63,162 bases of DNA, filler included, from Hyphochytrium catenoides (GCA_900088475.1; 5 parts of 5 records of this genome joined end to end with filler, not necessarily neighbours in it); one strand, 5' to 3'. Positions 30,101-40,900 are shown, counted from the first letter of the whole stretch. Program-made: numbers and translations. Notes: generated from the sequence alone by a model not told the origin.

Positions 30101-30904
30101 CCGAGATTGCCCAGAATCCACAAAGCTCATTGCCCGAGTCAGGGGAAGAACAGACAGAATCACTGCGACCGTCAAAAGACGAACAGCTAAGAACTGCTCT
30201 AGACACACAGGGACAGCAGATCGGAGAGACCCAGGCACCTGGCGGTGCCATTCCATTAGAAGACACATTGGAAGCTACCATAGCAGCAAGGCTCTCTCCT
30301 CGCTTGGACGGGAGACAAGAGGGACCAGCAGGAGACACCAGAGCTAGGTCGATGACAACAAGCCCAAGAGATCCAGTTGTTGCCTCCACCGAAAGTGTAG
30401 AGGAAGAGGCAAGGAGAGAAGAGCATGAACGACCGTCTGCTATCCTGCAAGAGGCGACGTCCTCCAAGAGCTATCCTCTGGAGGAGCAATCCCAACCGGT
30501 GGCCTCTGAGGTGCCGGCGTCCTTCTCACCGTCTGAGAATGTTTCTCAACCGGCGTCAGACGCACACCACGATGCAGAGGTCGAGCCTGTTTCGAAGGCG
30601 CCAGATAGGAATGACGCGGAAGAGGATGGCATGCAACACCAAAGCGCAGCTCTTACTTCTGGCTCGGTCTCCGAGGCACAGGCAACAGAACCTGCGTCCT
30701 CATTAGTCGCCGACGGCACAGAAGTAGACCCAGCCCCTGCAGCACAACCTTCAACCATCGATGCTCAGCCAGATTTGAAAGAAGAGGAAGCCAACGCTGA
30801 GTCATCCGTTCCGGTGGCTGTTCAGTCTTTAGAGGAGCGGGAGGGAGGGCAGGAAGTGGCGGTGCCAGAGGCGAGCAACGAGGAGTACAGAGCTTCAGCA
30901 GAAG
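24190..30904 (+). CDS. Very large SHIPPO (ODF3-like PGP-repeat) protein with a >1100-aa acidic disordered region; 5' start uncertain, 3' end probably lost in the gap
   Basis: Exons give KYTFG..., PGPETY, LGPGSY, STFSFG, PGPGSYNP, VPGPTYY and NPGPASYDP. A phase-1 junction (27271 A|GTAAGA ... GAAG|GG 27539) joins these in frame to the ORF at 27565. A GTAAGA donor follows at 30905. Confidence 0.7.
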
Positions 30905-31059
30905 GTAAGAGCAGTTGCGAGGACTCACAAGGAAGGCAACTCAGATCCGCTTGTGCGCGTCAGAGAGAGAGAGGCACATAGAGAATACTCTAAATGCTGT
31001 CTGTCAAGAGTTTAAAAGCGCAGACTTTGCTTGTTCCTCGGTTTTGTTCAACCCTCTCT

Positions 31060-31159
31060 NNNNNNNNNNNNNNNNNNNNNNNNNNNNNNNNNNNNNNNNN
31101 NNNTTAATTAATTAANNNNNNNNNNNNNNNNNNNNNNNNNNNNNNNNNNNNNNNNNNNN
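31060..31159. other. Artificial scaffold-joining spacer (44N-TTAATTAATTAA-44N)
   Basis: Exactly 100 bp. The 12-mer gives stops in all six frames. Identical spacers occur at 39068, 40801 and 52456. Confidence 0.97.
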
Positions 31160-31289
31160 TGCGCAGCAGTGTTAAACGCAATCTCCGGCATGCTGAGCAA
31201 AGCGCAGCCAGGAATCCGACCTTGGGCGTTAGGATTCAACGCCTTAAAGCGCCCACGGAGCAGGGTCACTTCCGCGGAGGTGTCTAGGA

Positions 31290-31331
<42 letters not shown>

Positions 31332-31796
31332 AGAGAGAGGGAGAGTAAGGTCAGAGAGGATAAACGTCAAGGCAAAGAGAGAGAGACTCACAGAGAGAGA
31401 GAGATCAGAGAAGGAAAATGATAAGGGCGGACAAGGAAAGGGACAGAAAAAACGGACAGACAAAGGATCCCCAAGATGCAGTGAGTAGAGATTGAAAAGA
31501 GAGAGAGAGAAAAAGAGAGANNNNNNNNNNNNNNNNNNNNNNNNNNNNNNNNNNNNNNNNNNGAGAGAGAGAGAGAGAGAGATGAAGACATGGCGTGGAC
31601 CCGTTCCTAGAAGAGTGTGCCAAAAGGGAGAGAGAGAGAGAAGAGAGACAGAGGAAGAGAAAGTGACAGAAAGAGAGAGAGAGACGCATGCGACCGAACG
31701 AGAGACAAAGAAAAACAAAGAGACAAAGAGAGACAGAGAGAGGAGGGCGAAGAAACGGAAACAGAGACGAAGACAAAGAGACAGGGAGAGAGAGAA

Positions 31797-31827
<31 letters not shown>

Positions 31828-31940
31828 AACTGTAAGGGAGACTGGGCCTCTGATTGGGAGTGAGAGCAGCTCTGTCGTACGTACACTTCGCCTTGTTAAG
31901 GACGTTAAGGATCTCATCCTCAGTCAGGAAGTTGGTCCCC
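31160..31940 (-). CDS. Calcineurin B/CIB-like EF-hand protein, N-terminal fragment
   Basis: GTNFLTEDEILNVLNKAK, then T|GTACGT...CTAG|AC, gives YTSAEVTLLRGRFKALNPNAQGRIPGCALLSMPEIAFN. This aligns by eye to CNB F..EIKRL.KRFKKLD...G.LS..EF.SLPEL..NP. Confidence 0.65.
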
Positions 31941-31944
31941 NNNN

Positions 31945-31978
<34 letters not shown>

Positions 31979-32241
31979 ATAAAGACCACGAAGGACAGAG
32001 AGGAGCAAGAATAAAGAGACGTGTCGACTCTCTGGCAAGGCTAACAATGCGCTCAAGGAAGGAAGAATGCCTAAACTGAGCTGGGCAAGAGCTGCCAGCG
32101 CAGGGGAAGGTCTAGGATGAAAGTGCAGAGAGCGAGAGAGAGAAAAAGGAAGTTTGATGACCGATACTTTAATCCAGCAGAGGAATGATGACTCTTGCTC
32201 TCTCTTGACTCTCGCTCTCTCTCTTTCGCTCGCTCTCTTCT

Positions 32242-32286
<45 letters not shown>

Positions 32287-32578
32287 TCTCTCTCTCTCGC
32301 TCTCTTCTCTCGCTTCTCTCTCTCGCTTGTCAATGTCCTTTCGTACTTCTAGCGTTAGCGGCTAGATCGAGAGCAAGAAGGAGGAAGTGAAGAGGAAGTA
32401 AACGAGAGAGCCAGGAAAGTAGAAGCTGCATGATGGAGATGGCCAGGAAAGAGACGAGAGAAGAGAGAGAGGGAGAGAGAGACAGAAACAGGAGAGAAAG
32501 GGACAGAGAGAGAGGTGGCCGGCCGGTGGGGGAAAGCAGTCCTCGTTCTCAGGTCAACAGCCACCAGCACGGGGAGAC

Positions 32579-32610
<32 letters not shown>

Positions 32611-32699
32611 AGTTAAAAGAAGGTCGAGGGGAAAGGGAGCACACGGCGGGTTGGAGGGTTTGTCGGTGTCACTTTCCTCCGACGCTCTTCAGAACAATA

Positions 32700-33909
32700 A
32701 TGAAAGGGAAGAAGCTTGTCTCCCGAGAGAGAGAGGCCGCGGCACAGAGTCAATGGGCAGAGCGCATTCAAACCTCCTCAGCAGCCAACCAAGGAAGAGA
32801 GAGACAGCATGAGGGAGAGAGAGAAAGGGATGATCAGGAGAGAAAGAGAATGGTGGACGTGCTGGGCAGATGGAGCCAGCGGTACAGAGGGATGATCGAG
32901 GTTGAGCAGCAGAAGCCTAACAAAATGTTAGGAACGATGGGCGTGGGCGGGAGGCTAGCGCGGATCTTTATAGAAGAGGCAGTCTATCTTCTAGAGAGAG
33001 GACAGCTAGAAGTACGACCGAGAGAGAGAGAAGGAGAGAGAGAGACTGTGCGAGAGGAGGAAGAAAGAGATCGGTCACACCTAGAGAGAGAAGGGAAGGA
33101 CGAGAGAAGAAGAAGAGAGAGAGAGGAAGAAGAGGATGGACAGAGTGCAAGAGAGAAGAGAGAAGAGTCTCTTCCTCTGCCGCATGCACTTCTTCAGAGT
33201 GAGACAGAGTGTGCGATTCCTCTAGAGTGCTATCTGGTGTATAAGACGCTGAGAGATGAAGGACTCATACCGAGGAGACATGCTCTCTTCCAGTACTTTC
33301 AGAAGAGAAAAGATGAACCAAAGAGAGAGGGAGAGGAAGCCAGGCTAGAGAAAGAGAAGGAGTCGTATTGCGCTGACGATAGGAGAGACGCCATCAAGAG
33401 AGAAAGCACCGCGAAAGCACTCTTTCTTCTCTCTCCCGAGTCGATTGATGGCCATACTTCGAGGCCTAGGATGTGGCGGAGTAGAGAGAGACCAACAGTG
33501 GAGGAGAGAGACGCAGGTAAGAGAGAAGAATGGGCAGATTGACTACTCTCACATATTAAAACTCTCCTCTCTGACTCGTCTCTCCGATTGTTTGGCCATC
33601 TTATCTCCTACTAGTTCCCAGACACTGTCTCTCTTGTTAGTCCTCCTCCCCCCTCCCATCAATATCTTTCCATCTCTCTTATTTCTTTTCTTTCTCTCTC
33701 TCTCGCTCTCTCCCTCTCTTATTTTCTTGCCCACTGCTTTGTTCATCTTGACTTCTTTCTCATTATTTCGGAAGACTCTCTCTCTCTTGGCTCTCTGTCT
33801 TTCCTAGGCGAGGCTGTTCCTTTAGCCTTTGATGTCTACGAGGCCAAGACCTTCAGCAAGCGCAACCTAAAGCCTTACTTCCGTGTCTGTATCCTCAGGT
33901 GGGGCCACA

Positions 33910-33940
<31 letters not shown>

Positions 33941-34234
33941 TTTGCTTTCACCTTCTCTCTTTCACTTTTCGTTTTCAACTCCCGTCACTCTTCGCCTCTG
34001 CCACCTGTCGAAAACTCGTTTCAGACGTCCATGAAGATTCTCTCTCTTGACATCTTCTCTGTTTCTCTCTCCTCTGGATTCTCAAATCTTCTTTCTCGGT
34101 CGTCCTCGGATCGCTTTCCGTATCGAGCGCTCACTTTCCGCTAGTTGGATTTCTAGCGCTTGCTTATCCATTCCGCCCCTCTCGCTCCTCTTTCCCTGCT
34201 GCTCTCTCTGTGTCCCACTTCCTCTGACTCTGTT

Positions 34235-34275
<41 letters not shown>

Positions 34276-34517
34276 CTCGCTCTCTCTCTCTCTGGCTCTC
34301 TCCCTACAGCTACCGCGACTTTCTTCCTTCAGTCCAGGAGCTCTTGCGACTAAGTAAAGATGACAACGAACCCACTCCCTGTTGTTTGGCAGTAGTGGAT
34401 GTGGACGGCAGTGTTGTCTTCTTCTCTCTCTCTTCGGAGCCTTCCTCCCTCTCTCTTCAACCGAGTAGCATTGACGCCAGTCTCTCTTCCTCTCTGGCGG
34501 GATTGGCACTAGGCTGA
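32700..34517 (+). CDS. TSEN54: tRNA-splicing endonuclease subunit Sen54-like, 3 exons
   Basis: Exons 32700-33516, 33808-33898, 34310-34517. Motifs GTMG....IFIEEAVYLLERGQLEV, YLVYKTLRDEGLIPRRH, AFDVY....FSK....PYFRVCI and LAVVD.DGSVVFFSL. Confidence 0.8.
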
Positions 34518-34589
34518 AGCATGACGGGTGGGAGAGAGACGCTTGTCCCTTTGCAACAAACAAAGGAGGGAGCCCAATGCCATCCTTGC

Positions 34590-35144
34590 TTAACGGCGGC
34601 TTGTCTCCGCTGCGCAACTTTGTCCATCTCTTCCTGCGCTGGGAGAAAATTGCTCTGTCATTGTTCCGCCACCTCCTTCCTGTCCCAAAAGGGCAACGAG
34701 AAGCTGCTGCAGCTGCTCCTCTCCTCTCTTTGCCTGGTCCTGAAGCTGTTGAAGGCTTTGAATGGCTTTTTGAAGCTCCGAGGCCATGCATTTCCTGTCC
34801 GCGACGCACTGGTTTATAGAGACGGAGAGACTCCATCTTTTCTCCCACAACTCTCTCTTTTCTTCTCTCCCTGAGGCATTTGTCATGCTCTGCCGCGATG
34901 AAGGCGGCTGATCAGAACTTGCATGAGTCAGAGAGGCAGGAGTAGGCGGAGGATCGGACAGAGAGGCATTAGGGGAGACGCTGGTGGACATGGAGAAGAG
35001 AACGTCCGTGGTGTAGAGCCAGCCAAGGAGGCAGAAGAGACCGACAAAGCCGTACTGAAGCTTATTGAGTCTGGCTTGGAACTCCACCTCTTCCGATATT
35101 CGATTGAGAGAAGAGGAAGACGGCCGAGCAGTCTGAGGCTCCAT
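34590..35144 (-). CDS. Hypothetical single-pass membrane protein with a C-terminal coiled coil
   Basis: ATG at 35144, TM segment YGFVGLFCLLGWLY, Ser/Pro linker, heptad-like MASELQKAIQSLQQLQDQAKRGEEQLQQLL. Confidence 0.5.
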   Translation of the reverse strand: MEPQTARPSSSSLNRISEEVEFQARLNKLQYGFVGLFCLLGWLYTTDVLFSMSTSVSPNASLSDPPPTPASLTHASSDQPPSSRQSMTNASGREEKRELWEKRWSLSVSINQCVADRKCMASELQKAIQSLQQLQDQAKRGEEQLQQLLVALLGQEGGGGTMTEQFSPSAGRDGQSCAAETSRR

Positions 35145-35445
35145 CACTCTTCCTCTAGCTCCGACAACGGGGAGAAAGGACGGTCGGTGGACGGAGATCA
35201 AGGTACTCGCTCGTTTACTTTTGGCGATGGGCTCTACTACTGGGCAGAGCTGGGAGTTAGTGATTGGGACCAAGCAGGATGAGAGATAATGAGCTCTCTA
35301 TCGATAAGAATGAGTGAGAACAACCATAGCTCTTTCTGCTCTTTTGTTGACTAAGTGTCTACCTCTTCCTTCCTTCTTTCCGTCTCCTCTTTTCTTTCTC
35401 ATCCTTCCGTCCCTGTGCGCGCGCGCTCTCTGTTTCTCTCTCTCC

Positions 35446-35482
<37 letters not shown>

Positions 35483-36297
35483 TNNNNNNNNNNNNNNNNN
35501 NNNNNNNNNNNNNNNNNNNNNNNNNCTCTCTCTCTCTCTCTCTCCCTCTTTCCCCTCTCCTGATGTGATGGAGGCCGTCATATCAACGGCACGAAGCAGA
35601 GCAGAAACGAAAGGGCACGCTCTGATGTGAATATTACTAATAATTCTATGGCAGTCTTTACAGTATGATCCAGCGGTTCCTTAGGTCTTATTATTGATCC
35701 TGTAAGCACTTTTCACTCCCATCGCTAGCCTTAGATGCTCGCATTAATTCTCGTCTTATCCAGAGATTGTCGCCATTGTTGTATTCAGTGTTACCGAGCA
35801 GGAGCCTTACGGGCCGAGTTGTTTAGGTGTTAATTGTGAATGAATAGTGTTAGATCTGTTTCCTAATATGGTCGTAGATGTCCGAATGAACAGATATATC
35901 AAGTGAGTGATAAGGCTGCGTGACGGAAAATGTGACAGACATACCGAGGATTTGACGGTAGAAGATGAGAGAGACAACGATGATAGAGCAGCAGCTTGGA
36001 CAAGAGAGAGCTGTCTAGGAGGCTGATGGCACAGCTGTAAGGGCAGAGGCCAAGAGGAGTATCGGCCTGTGAACGCCCTAATGTCTGTGAGGATAGGTCG
36101 AAAGACTAGCAAAGCCATGAGGCTAACGATGGACAACTCTACTTTTCAATACTCATCATTTGTTTAGCAGGGAAATCCCTAATAAAGGCCTACATCTTCC
36201 TTCCCAAAGCGTAGACCCCAAAACCTCTTCGCCACAAAGCTGTCGTCGGAAGAAAGTTCCGCAATGTGTTTTATACTCTCTTCTTTCTGTTTTGGTT

Positions 36298-38562
36298 TTA
36301 GTCGACGGTAACGGCCTTGGCCAAGTTCCTAGGGACATCTGGGTTAATGCCTCTCTTCACGGCAAGTTCATAAGCAATGAGCTGCATGGGCACAACAGCC
36401 AGAAGAGCGGTCAGTGGACCGTTGCTGGGAATAGGGATGATGTCATCGGCGACGCCGTCGCACATAGCGGGGTTGTCGGTAATGACAATGGTGTATGCAC
36501 CTCTTGCGCGAACTTCATGGGCAGCAGTCTTCATGAAAGGACCATGCTCATCGTCCAACACCACCATGATGATGGGGGTAGGGCCGAACTTGCCATCTTT
36601 CCCCTCAATAAGGGCAAAAGGTCCGTGCTTGAGAGCACCTCCGCCGTAGCCCTCAGCATGCAAGTAGGTGATTTCCTTGATCTTGAGCGCACCCTCGAAC
36701 GCGATGGGCTCACCATAGCCCTTGCCCAGTACAAACATATGCTCAGACTTGAGCAGCTTGTCCGCAATCTCAGCACATTTTTCTCTTGTCCTAAGCACCA
36801 TCCCAAGAGTGATAGGAAGCCTGTGCATGGCCTGGATCAGCTCCTGTGTCTTTTCTTTGTTGGCAGTGGCCCTGTTCTGGGCAAACCAAGAGGCAATAAG
36901 GCCAAGGACAGTCACCTGGGTGACAAAGGCCTTGGTAGAAGCTACAGCGTTCTCTCTTCCGGCATTGAGGTAAACTCCGCACTTGGTGGTGCGGGCAATG
37001 AGAGAGCCCACAGAGTTCACTACCGAGAACATAGGAACCGCAGGTTGCATTGCCTCAGCTAACTTCAACACTCGGTGCACGTCCTTGGTCTCTCCACTCT
37101 GAGAGATGACACAGACACCTCCGTTGTCCTTGGGAATGCTAGCTGTGGTCGCCTCCGCTGCATCAAGGGTCTGAACTGTCCTAAAGCTGCCGAGGTTCTG
37201 CATGAGACGTGCACCATACTTTCCAGCATTAAGTGAGGTACCGCAAGCAGCAATGAGAAGATCCTGAATCTTTAGCATGTTCTCCTTGTTATGCTCCAAA
37301 CCACCAAGATAAACAGTGTGCTCGCTGACACGACCACCGTAGCCCAAAGAAGCAGCGACAGCCTTGGGTTGCTCCATGATCTCTCTAATGGTCCAGTGAG
37401 GGTAAGGATCCGGCGTGAGACGGACCTTGACATTAGCAGCTTGCTCTACACGGCTGGTAGGGAACCGCTGAAGCAGCTGGCTGTTCTCGTCTTCCTGAGG
37501 AGAGAGTTCGGCGGTTGTGGACCTAACGACGGCAACCTCACCATCCTTGAGCGCGATAAAGCGCTTAGTATGGCGAGAGAACGCAGGTGTCTCAGAAGCG
37601 ATGAACATCTGGTTAGAGCCGTAGCCTAGAACGAGGGGAGAGCCGTTTCTTGCCACCACAACCTGGTTAGGATATTTAGGAGACATGACACAGATACCCC
37701 AGGTGCCTTCGAGTCGGTTGCAAGCGAGCTTTGTTGCAGCCACAACGTCCAAGCCGTCCTGCATAAGTGAGCCAATGAGCTGAGCAATAACCTCAGTGTC
37801 CGTCTGACTCTTGAACTTCACACCATCAGCCATCAACTCCTGCTTGAGCTCATTGAAGTTCGTGATAGTGCCGTTGTGCACTACAGCCACTTGGTCCCAC
37901 ATATCGTGGTGGGGATGGGCGTTCTCATCCGTCTTCCCTCCGTGAGTAGCCCAACGCGTATGCCCAATGCCCACATGGTTGCCAATGTGCTTGCCAGCGT
38001 CCTTCTTCAGAAGAGCCAGAGAGTCAGCAGTGCCCTGAACAGAGGCATATTTGCTGGTGACGATCTTAGGAGGTGGGCCGCGGGCGAGAGTGGCAATACC
38101 CGCCGAGTCATAACCTCTATTCTGCAGGATAGTAAGACCCTCAAGCAGATAGTCCTTAGCCTCCTCGTTGTCTCCTCCAACAATGCCTACAATACCACAG
38201 GCTTCGGCCTCCTCCTTGGACATCAAGCTAAAAATGGCGGCACCAGCGGCAGCGGCTGCTGCGAGCTTCTTCATGGTGGAGAACGTGCTGCTGTCATTAT
38301 TCACAGCGGCGGCAGCAGCAGGCAGATTGGAGGACAGCCGGGCTGCATTATAACGCGGAAAGTTGCGCCCACGAGAGAAAGAAGGAAAGGAAAGAGAAGA
38401 GCGGATGTGAGAGGGAAATGGAGAGAGAGAGAGGCTGTCAGTGAGTGCATGTCCGATATGAATGTTAGGGACGGAGAGCTCGTTACCTTGAATGCTCTTC
38501 CTAGCGTTATGACTGATAGAGCGGCCTGGAATGGCCCTCAGAGTCTGAGAGAGAGCGAACAT
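36298..38562 (-). CDS. glmS: Glutamine--fructose-6-phosphate aminotransferase (isomerizing; GFAT/GlmS) with a ~73-aa presequence
   Basis: CGIVG (Cys at 38199-38197), NRGYDSAG, GHTRWATHG, HNG, TDTE, SQSGET, VASTKAF, LKHGP and C-terminal PRNLAKAVTVD. Probable 144-nt intron 38486-38343 in the leader. Confidence 0.96.
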   Translation of the reverse strand: MFALSQTLRAIPGRSISHNARKSIQGNELSVPNIHIGHALTDSLSLSPFPSHIRSSLSFPSFSRGRNFPRYNAARLSSNLPAAAAAVNNDSSTFSTMKKLAAAAAAGAAIFSLMSKEEAEACGIVGIVGGDNEEAKDYLLEGLTILQNRGYDSAGIATLARGPPPKIVTSKYASVQGTADSLALLKKDAGKHIGNHVGIGHTRWATHGGKTDENAHPHHDMWDQVAVVHNGTITNFNELKQELMADGVKFKSQTDTEVIAQLIGSLMQDGLDVVAATKLACNRLEGTWGICVMSPKYPNQVVVARNGSPLVLGYGSNQMFIASETPAFSRHTKRFIALKDGEVAVVRSTTAELSPQEDENSQLLQRFPTSRVEQAANVKVRLTPDPYPHWTIREIMEQPKAVAASLGYGGRVSEHTVYLGGLEHNKENMLKIQDLLIAACGTSLNAGKYGARLMQNLGSFRTVQTLDAAEATTASIPKDNGGVCVISQSGETKDVHRVLKLAEAMQPAVPMFSVVNSVGSLIARTTKCGVYLNAGRENAVASTKAFVTQVTVLGLIASWFAQNRATANKEKTQELIQAMHRLPITLGMVLRTREKCAEIADKLLKSEHMFVLGKGYGEPIAFEGALKIKEITYLHAEGYGGGALKHGPFALIEGKDGKFGPTPIIMVVLDDEHGPFMKTAAHEVRARGAYTIVITDNPAMCDGVADDIIPIPSNGPLTALLAVVPMQLIAYELAVKRGINPDVPRNLAKAVTVD

Positions 38563-38841
38563 GATTCTTCTTGGTAGGCCGAGGAGAAAGACTCTCTCAC
38601 TGGCTCCTTGGGTATGACAAAGATAAAGATAATCTGAGAGCACCCTAAACTTCGTCGGCGCTCTTTGTCCCTTTGCTGCGCTTCTATCGCTCTTGAATCT
38701 TCTATAAAATCTTCCTCAAAGAGCTTGCCACGATCTGGCTGCAGATGGGAGACACTTGGACAAGTTACCGTTGAGTTGGAGCTTGTAGGATTTCTTCTCG
38801 TAGAGACAGAGTTAACTCCAGCGTACTGTGAGGCGTGAGAA

Positions 38842-38875
<34 letters not shown>

Positions 38876-39067
38876 CAAGTGATAGACAGATGAGGCAGAG
38901 AAACAGAGAGTGAGAGAGAGAGCCAGACGGGGATAAAGAGAGCGAGGAAGAGAGAGGGAGAAAAGGAGACACGAGAGACAAAGGAGAGAGAGAGTAAAGG
39001 AGAGAAGGGGAGAGAAGGGGCAGAGAGAGAGAGAGAGAGAGACACGGGGAAGAGAGAGAGAGAGAGA

Positions 39068-39167
39068 NNNNNNNNNNNNNNNNNNNNNNNNNNNNNNNNN
39101 NNNNNNNNNNNTTAATTAATTAANNNNNNNNNNNNNNNNNNNNNNNNNNNNNNNNNNNNNNNNNNNN
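39068..39167. other. Artificial scaffold-joining spacer
   Basis: 44N-TTAATTAATTAA-44N. Confidence 0.97.
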
Positions 39168-39390
39168 CAAGGAGGCAGGATAACGGTGGTGATTGCGTCT
39201 GGTGCTTTACATCGGCAGCCCTATCTTACACCAAGAGGAGAGAAGTCCTCCTTCACCTCTCCTTCTCATCCGTTCTCTCGCTCTCTTGTGTCCTTTCGCC
39301 TCTCTCCTTTCTCTCTCTGTCTCTCTCTCTCTCTCTCTCTTTGCGCAATATCCGCAGCCAGCAACAGTTGTTTGTCGCTTGAAACGAATC

Positions 39391-40017
39391 ATGCCGAAAC
39401 CATCGCGAAGACGCCGTGCAGCGACGGGAGGAAGGACAAGCGGGGGACCTCCGCCTGCCCCGCCTGTACGGCGTGTTGAACCTGTTGAACCATCTCCAGA
39501 ACCCTCTCCTTCCTCTTCCTCTTCTACTTCTCCTCCTCTCTCTTCATCTAGAACGGCCAGTTGCTGGTACGACAAGCACCGAAAGTGCGATGACGGCGGT
39601 TATCACTTTGGAGAGCTCGAGCTGATTACCTGGGAAGGCAGAGGAAGCGATGGAGAGAGACTAGGTTGGGGCGCCTCCTGCATTGAGGAGGCAGAGGACT
39701 TACGGCGCATGTTTCTTCAGAAGTACAAGGGCAATCTTAGCGCTTTCTATGACTTCTGGCCTCAGGGCTTTCGCTGGACGTGCTGCGGCTGTATGGGCGA
39801 TCAGAACTATGGCTGTGATCATCACGGGACAGGGCAAAAGCCTTGCACTTGCGACTTCTGTGTGATGGGCCAGCGTCTTCCAGACCACATCGCCGCGAAG
39901 AATGAGTTCTATAGACGGGGTTTAAGCCTCTCAATGGGCCCAGACCCAAGGTCTAGAGATCCCGTTAGAGGACAACTCAACATGCTGATGAGAGGCCTTC
40001 TGGGCATGGACTCTTAG
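39391..40017 (+). CDS. Intronless Cys/His-rich protein of unknown function (putative multi-Zn-binding domain)
   Basis: ATG at 39391, low-complexity N-terminus, then a compact domain: WYDKHRKCDDGGYHFGELELITW...GWG...WPQGFRWTCCG...GCDHHGTG..PCTCDFCVMG..LP...GL.L..GPDPRS. Confidence 0.8.
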   Translation: MPKPSRRRRAATGGRTSGGPPPAPPVRRVEPVEPSPEPSPSSSSSTSPPLSSSRTASCWYDKHRKCDDGGYHFGELELITWEGRGSDGERLGWGASCIEEAEDLRRMFLQKYKGNLSAFYDFWPQGFRWTCCGCMGDQNYGCDHHGTGQKPCTCDFCVMGQRLPDHIAAKNEFYRRGLSLSMGPDPRSRDPVRGQLNMLMRGLLGMDS

Positions 40018-40088
40018 AGTAAGACAAGGAGAGGCCTGGTGGCAGTGTGGAGGCTATTATTTATGCAAGAATCAGAGAGAAGAGACAG

Positions 40089-40119
<31 letters not shown>

Positions 40120-40660
40120 AATTGGTGGAGGACTTCGGAAGCAAGAAGAGGAAAAGAGGGAAGCTTCAGGATCGATACGACACAGCTTGGAGGGCAAGAG
40201 ACCGAGAGTGGTGGGACGTGGAATCATGGGCAAGCGATAGACAGAGGGACGAGGAAAGTAAAGAGAGAGGATGATGGCACCCGAAGTTGCACATGTGAAG
40301 CTCTAAAAGCTAAGCAGCTAATCGAAGGTGGTCCGAACCGGCTATCATGTCTCTCACTCTCTCCCTTGGGTCGATAGACGAGAGATATAGTCTTAGATGC
40401 AGTGTTCCCCTGCACTGTCACTATTGCTTTGCTTTTTCATTGGCTTTGGTCAACAAGACTAACTCTTACAGATGTCGGGATAAGCTTAAGCACCAGGTGT
40501 ATGATAACACAATGAAGAAAAGAGTGGAAGATCTGTAAAGACAGGGCGAAAGAGAGTGAAACAATGGACTCATAAGCAGACTGCATTCTGGATGATTAAT
40601 ACACCGTATTGATTAGCCCAAAAATGTCTTCCAAAGAGCACCAGGACGTCAGTGAATGCT

Positions 40661-40706
<46 letters not shown>

Positions 40707-40800
40707 ACTCATCCCGTCTCACGCCCAGAGGAGAGGAAAGTAGTGGTATCCTAAGAGAGAGCAGCAAGTACGAGGTATCGCCATTCCTACAGTCTCTTTC

Positions 40801-40900
40801 NNNNNNNNNNNNNNNNNNNNNNNNNNNNNNNNNNNNNNNNNNNNTTAATTAATTAANNNNNNNNNNNNNNNNNNNNNNNNNNNNNNNNNNNNNNNNNNNN
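40801..40900. other. Artificial scaffold-joining spacer
   Basis: 44N-TTAATTAATTAA-44N. Confidence 0.97.

Noticed and set aside
31104-31115. Palindromic TTAATTAATTAA recurring four times in the window
   Set aside because: It is always centred in exactly 88 Ns, so it is a synthetic six-frame-stop linker and not a biological repeat or target site.
36160-38577. Long + strand ORFs (300 aa and 233 aa) overlapping GFAT, and similar antisense ORFs over AFG3 and the acidic exon
   Set aside because: They are antisense shadows of strongly codon-biased genes and show no protein motifs.
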